64,000 bases of DNA from Eledone cirrhosa (Eukaryota): the NCBI GenBank assembly GCA_964016885.1, contig OZ024746.1, positions 34,844,001-34,908,000 of the forward strand, read 5' to 3'. The translations under genes and the position numbers were made by a program. The notes under the pieces are model-generated. The model was given only the letters and a program-made list of their open reading frames with translations. It searched no databases and was not told the DNA's origin. This document shows positions 57,840 to 64,000 of this stretch, one piece after another (positions within the stretch are counted from its first letter, which is position 1; each line of letters opens with the position of its first letter).

Positions 57840-60260
57840 TAATTTATAACTCTATGAAGGCAACAGTCGTAAACATCTCAATGAAAGGATATGATGTATT
57901 AATAAATTATCAACTCTGAGAAGTATTAAAATATATTAAACTTGAGCCAAAATCTCATGTTGTGGGTATATATTCGAAATAGGCTCAAAACAAGTCGGCT
58001 TTTACTTAAATTACACCCCGACTATGGTTCCTGAACTCGTGATACAACATAGGAATATCCAATATTGGAAGAATTTCAGTTCCTTCATCGGTATGGGGGT
58101 ACTTTCTGAGAAGTAATTGGATGAGTTGAAAACATATCATATATAATATTTCGTTGCTAGGCCGCATGCTGAACAAAGTGGTGCATCGGTGAATTAATAT
58201 ATTCCACCTAATGGGACAATTTGAATATATATCATACATACCATGCCATTATTACACCTATTGGTGAAACAACGTTTTCATCGTTGATTTACTATATGAA
58301 TATTTCCCACTTAATGTATCAGGATAAACGACGGACTTATATTGAAGTTAAAAATAGCAGTCAATACGGACTAAATCAGCTCAACAATAATGGAGCAGTC
58401 AATATTAATGTATCACAATATAAGCTTAAATCTCTATAATACGTAAACATCTCAATGAAAGGATAAGGTACATTAATAAATTGTATATTTAGAGAAGTAT
58501 TAAGTTATATTTAACTTAAGCCAGAATCTCATTTTGTGGGTATATAAGCTGACTCCTTTAAAAGAGCTGACCTGTGGTCTAGCAATGACAGGGTATGTAT
58601 GATGTATATTCAACTTGTCCGCTTAAGTGGAATAGTAATTAAGCTGCAGCCTGTGGTATATCAACTAAGTGATATGCATGATATGTTTTCAACTTCTCTC
58701 CTTATTTCTAAGAAAGAATTCACCTCCCAATGAAGGAACTGAGATTCTTCCAATAATGATTATTCCAACGTATTGGAATATTTCATATTGTACCTTGAGT
58801 TTTAGAAACCAAGGCCGGAGTATTATAACCGACTTTTTAGCTGATCTAAAATGGGATTTAGGCTGAGATTTTATATATATTGAACAAATTGAACGATACT
58901 GATATGATTGCAGTATTGGTTGCGAAAGATAATAGTTCAGATGGAACCCTCCCCCCTCCTCTCTCTCTCTCTCACGTTTTGGATCTTTTTCTAGTTTAAG
59001 CGCTGGATTATGAAGAGGATGATTCGGTTTACTCACGCCCACAAGTGCATCTGAAAAACAAGTGTGTAAAACAGTAACTCCCGATACCATATCCTTCTCC
59101 GTTCGTGTGTCTGTATATAATTTGTGCATGCAATTATGTGTACATCTAATATCATCACTGTTTCTCTTCATGTGGCATTTTATTAAAACAATGCTTTTTA
59201 ACATTTAAACACAATGATCCACTTTAAAAAATCCATCGTTTAAGCCACCCTCTTGTTTTTGTTTTATATTTATAGAAAATCAATGAAGCATGATTAACAT
59301 CAGATACATTTCTAGTTTACTTGGGGGAATAATATTCTTCGATATTTTCATATTTCATCAAATATTCCAAAAAAATAAATATTTTCTTTTCACATTTATT
59401 TTCACAGTTTTAACTTACTAGACATTTCATGTGAACACTAACTGTAAATCAAAGTATTTTTTCAAGTGTTAAAATACACATTGGAACACTTATATACACA
59501 CTAAACGTATAATGACAATGACTTTAGAAATGTAAACAAAGCAATCCCAATTTGGTGTAACTATATAAACTAGATTTCTTATTGCAATGTCTAATATTTC
59601 TTTCAAATATTGAGGATCCACGCAACTTTTTTACAAGCGGAAAATGTTGTTGTTGTTTTTTTAGTCTTCAACAGAAGTCAATCATACTTAAGATGAGCAA
59701 TGACTTAAGAAACACACAGTTGTCAATTCCCTAAGAGAAAAAGAAATATACGCAAGATAATATAGGAAATTGCTGTATAAAGAAAGCATTTAGATTATCT
59801 ATTTCTAATTATGTAACTGTTTATTTCCGATAAGGATTTGTGCACTTTTACATTTAATGTACTAACATAGTACCCATCACGTGTAAATGCATTAGTGATT
59901 CTATTATACGAATGTTTTTCGTATGATTTTAATATAAAAATGCATTGAAAATTTAATGAAATTTCTAATGCACCCCACCTTATTAAATATTTGAATAGCA
60001 CCCTGTAGTTTTGAATGAACACACAGATACACACACACGAACGCACGAACTCACACACATACACATACACACACAAGCACGCATACACACACACACACAC
60101 ATACACACACACACACATACATATATATATATATCCGTGTGTGTGGGATGAGGGGTATGTGCGTGCATGTTTAGCGATACATTCGACTAGAAGAAATAAA
60201 AGAACACACTTTCACTCACTCTTTCTTTCTCTCACTCTCTCTCTTTCGCTCTCTATTTCA

Positions 60261-60357
<97 letters not shown>

Positions 60358-60605
60358 AACACACAAATACACACACACATATATATATATAATGACACAT
60401 TTACAATGAATCGTGACATTATAACACTGCCTTAAGATATACCGCTAGAATAGAATCGCACTTGATAATAAGTCAGTCTTTCATCAATTGTCTATTTTTT
60501 AAATGTTTGAACATTAAAGGAATTGAAATTGAAAAAAATCTGGAAAGTTCTGTCTTGATAACACGGTCTATGTTTAAATGCGATATAGCTCAAGAATATT
60601 GCTGT

Positions 60606-60671
<66 letters not shown>

Positions 60672-60689
60672 ATTATTATACTTTGGGAG

Positions 60690-61270
60690 GGTCATGTTGC
60701 CGATAAGAAACACACGCACCAGTGAAATTCACTTCAATTTATTATAAATTAAATTTATAAATTTAGGAATTTATAAATTTCCGGTTGGTTGGTTGGTTCC
60801 ACAACCAGACGATTGTTCATATATTGTCAAAGTTCTTTCGTCACACATTCTGTGACTTCTTCAGTGACTGGGGATTCTTTTCTTTGTCTTTGTGCCTCTC
60901 CTTTGTTTTGTCCTACGCCATCTTGTTTTTGTGTGTGTTGTGTGCTTAGTTTGCGCATGTGTTACATCCTGGTGTCTGTGTATGTTTATATTCGTTTATT
61001 TATTTGTTTATTTACATGTTTATTTACATGTTACTGGTTGGTTTTTTGTTCTATGTGCGTGTGTGTTTTCATTTTGTCCTTAATTGTAAGTTGTGATGTT
61101 GCTGTTCCACTCATGTTTTCTATTTAATTTTGGTTTATTGCCCCGTCTTTTCTGTGTGTAGATTCTACTTTTATTTCTATGTTCTATAATTTACCCTTAT
61201 GTTCTATTTTAGCATGTTGGTGGAGTACAGATGATTATTTACTATCTTGAAGCTCTGGCCAGTGTTCATT
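60690..61270 (-). mobile_element. Second copy of the same PLE 3' fragment / pLTR
   Basis: Diverged reverse-complement match to 24870-25510. Confidence 0.75.
60826..60868 (-). ncRNA. Minimal type I hammerhead ribozyme
   Basis: gtca CTGAAGA a gtcaca-gaatg-tgtgac GAAA gaac TT tgac. Canonical core, helix I gtca/tgac, one extra A after A9. Confidence 0.8.
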
Positions 61271-61373
61271 TATCCGTTCCCCTATACTACGAACTGTCTC
61301 ACCTATGTACACTATATTTTTATCTCTACATTGTCCTTCAGTACATCTTATGCTATATATATATAAATTCAGA

Positions 61374-61420
<47 letters not shown>

Positions 61421-61425
<5 letters not shown>

Positions 61426-62494
61426 ATAATAATAAAATTGAAGACTAAAATCCAAAGAGGGCTCGATAAGGAAAATTTATATCAAATATATAAGAACCGT
61501 AGAGCAAATATTTATTAAAATAACAGATTAAAGTTTAAGCAAAGAATCGCTGCTTTCACCCTTAACGGGATCTTCTGAAACTAACAAAGTCAATCTGTAA
61601 ACGCAGAACTGGATATTTCAAAAACGTTGCAACCGGAGGAAGACAGGAAGACGATACTTTGGTTCGTGGTAACGTTCGCTGGCAAAGAACGGGAAAAAAC
61701 GAATAATACGTCATTAATAGGAGCGGTGAAAAACAATTACGCGCAAAGACAGAACCACGTTTATGGTATAAAAGAGGTCGTAGACTAATGTTCTCTTAGG
61801 TGGTGCATAGAGACGTTGTCTGGCAATGAACGAAAAAACGAAGATAATAAGTCGTATGTGGAGCGTGTAGAACAATAGCACGCAAAGACAAAACCACGTA
61901 AATGGTATAGCAGAAGTCGTAGACTAAAATTAATCTCCGCTACAGAGTTAAGAACAAAGTAAATAAATACAATACAGAAGTAATAGAAACAAATAAATAC
62001 ATACATGCAAACAGATACGTACATACACAAGCATACGCAAAACCTTACCATAGGTATACAAAACCACGCACATATAAATATGTGTGTGTGTGTGTGTATG
62101 CTTGTGTACAAATAAATAAATAATTATATCAATGTATATAAGTAAATAAATACGTTAAAAACAAGCGCACACGCATGCCTACATATAAATACACGAATGA
62201 TCGGAGACGTAAGTCAACTAAAACAAGAAGTGCACATATACACACTCCCACCATACGTACGAACCTGCATACTCACGCTGACGCGAAACTCCCGTATACA
62301 CATAGTCAAACCCTAAATACCAGACTATGTAAAAATTATACGCCATAACAGTCAACTATACGTACGAGAAAGTATTCATACCTTCATAAAACATATGGGT
62401 AATATATACTTACCTATGCAACTAAGTAAAGGAATGAACAAAACATATACTTAGCTCCCACATCAAGGCGTAAAATATCCACGTATAGGTCGCG
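61421..62494 (-). mobile_element. 3' UTR / pseudo-LTR of the Naiad-type PLE, ending in (TA)n
   Basis: Lies directly downstream of the ORF stop. It contains a ~140 bp diverged tandem duplication (61695-61790 vs 61834-61927) and a hammerhead motif. Solo copies of its distal part occur at 3200-3570 and 54606-54678. Confidence 0.75.
61532..61582 (-). ncRNA. Type I hammerhead ribozyme, U4A core variant
   Basis: Minus strand: agttt CAGAAGA t-ccc-gttaa-ggg-t GAAA gcag-cgattct-ttgc TT aaact. Helices I, II and III all pair. Confidence 0.72.
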
Positions 62495-64000
62495 CTATCC
62501 GTTAGGGTATAACGTGGGGCTGTAATACAGGAAAGTTTTGTGCAATTTATGTTTACAAGCCGAAATTGCCTCAGATTTTTTGTTTAAGATGTGGTCTGTG
62601 GCGTAGAGTATTTCCAGGGCCTCAGCGGCGCAGAGGTTACATGGTCTTTTATTTCCGTTATACGATCTAGCCCTAGCTTGGATCTCCCTGTGTAACTTAT
62701 ATTGGGTGTGGTTATCTTTTAGACTCCAGATATAAGCTGAAAGTGACGTCATATTCCTTCTTAGAGGGTAGCGAAAAGAATGGGTATGCATGTAAAGACG
62801 CTTCTTGAAACTATTGGCGGTTAACCCTATGTAGGCCCTATGGGACGTGGGTGTTACAACCTTACATTTGTAGACAATGTTACTAGAGAGGCATTTCCCG
62901 GATAGGGGGCAATCAGCCCGATTCCTACAATTACAGTTAGTACTAACTACAGGGTTGCACGTGTTCCTACGGCTAGGTAGTTTAGCTAAATTTGAAGCTG
63001 TGATGTTATGTGCAAGGTTAGGAGTCGTAGAGTAAGAAATTTTAATAGTATTTCTATTAAAAATGTTACTATATTTATGTGTAGGGGAAAATGCTTCGTA
63101 ATAAGGGAAAGAAAGATCTTAGCTAATGGTGTGGCCACCTCCATATTAATGGTGGGTTAAACCAACAAATGCGACGGGATCTATTTCTTCTAGGTCTATT
63201 TTCGTACTCTGTATATGCTACCTTATCGACAAATCCACTTCGAGCAAGAGCTTCATTGTAATAAGTGGAATGGTCGTTGAAAATGCGCTCGCTGGTGGAA
63301 AGACGGGAAAGCCTCAACGAAACGTTTCTTACCAGGTTCTTGGTTATGCTGGCAGAATGGTTGGAATGCTTACTTATGTAATTAAGCGTATCATTCGGCT
63401 TTCTATACGGGTAATACAACCCATTCAATAAATTGAGGGTAACGTCGAGGTAATTAACGACCGAGAGATTGGCCTCAACCTGTATAGAGATGTTGAAGCC
63501 GTTAAAGAAGGCTGTGAGTTCTTTTCTGAACCTGTCGCAAGCACGAGGTCCGCACTTAGTCATGGTCAAAAGACCATCGTCACGGTACAAACCACGGCCC
63601 GCGTTGGGGAATTCGTCCTTAATAGAGAAAAGAAGGAAAATGCCAATAAGATCAGTAACCTCCGCAGAGTCACTGGCGCCCATACTCACGTCGAATGGGG
63701 TACTATTGGATTTTTTAATCCAAATAGAGTCGTCGAAATTAATCACCGACTTTCGGGCATTAAGGATGATATCAACTTCAAAATCCTTAACCACTGTGAG
63801 TGTTTTAGCGAAATTGATAGCTCTAAGGGGAAGTGGTAAAGGGATGGAGGAGTAGTAATTGTTGATGTCGAATTGGATAAAACGGCAATGTTCCTTGTTA
63901 CATATGCCGTTGAACCAATCAATCACCGCGAAAGAATTGTTCCACAGTGCGAGAGGGGCCAAACTTCTAATTTCAGGTATAATTCTATCAAGAATCGTTT
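62495..64000 (-). pseudogene. Penelope-like retroelement ORF (RT plus C-terminal GIY-YIG endonuclease), Naiad-type, frameshifted, runs off window end
   Basis: ORF 63123-63962 has PLE RT motifs FDINNYYSSI, MGASDSAEVTDLIG, LYRDDGL, NYLDVTL, YRKPN..NYISKHSNH and WFNPP. After two frameshifts near 63150 and 63085 it reads IFNRNTIKISYSTTPNL, then CNCRNRADCPLSGKC (CxCx5C linker), IVYKCKV..AYIGLTANSFKKRLYMH and CNLCAAE..LNKKSE..CKH. Confidence 0.93.

Noticed and set aside
63469-63855. 128 aa plus-strand ORF
   Set aside because: Antisense shadow of the PLE RT frame.

Overview
AT-rich, microsatellite-saturated animal DNA, probably intergenic or intronic. The SINE complement suggests Octopus or another cephalopod (inference). 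No host gene exon could be supported, and nearly all ORF-track entries are microsatellite translations. The window is a graveyard of transposable elements: at least four Penelope-like element (PLE) lineages (RT plus GIY-YIG, including a Naiad-type copy at 61.4-64 kb), RTE-type LINE fragments, an internally deleted mariner, two hAT-like MITEs and many tRNA-derived SINEs. The most interesting layer is RNA-structural. About 15 type I hammerhead ribozyme (HHR) motifs from roughly 9 sequence families sit mostly in short islands within (TA)n tracts or at PLE 3' ends, including a U4A core variant in three copies. Several are tied to inverted duplications. One ~200 bp family (5 copies) folds back or ends at the same palindromic apex, and its arms match within a copy better than between copies. 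All motifs were found and folded by eye, none was tested, and boundaries of decayed elements are approximate.
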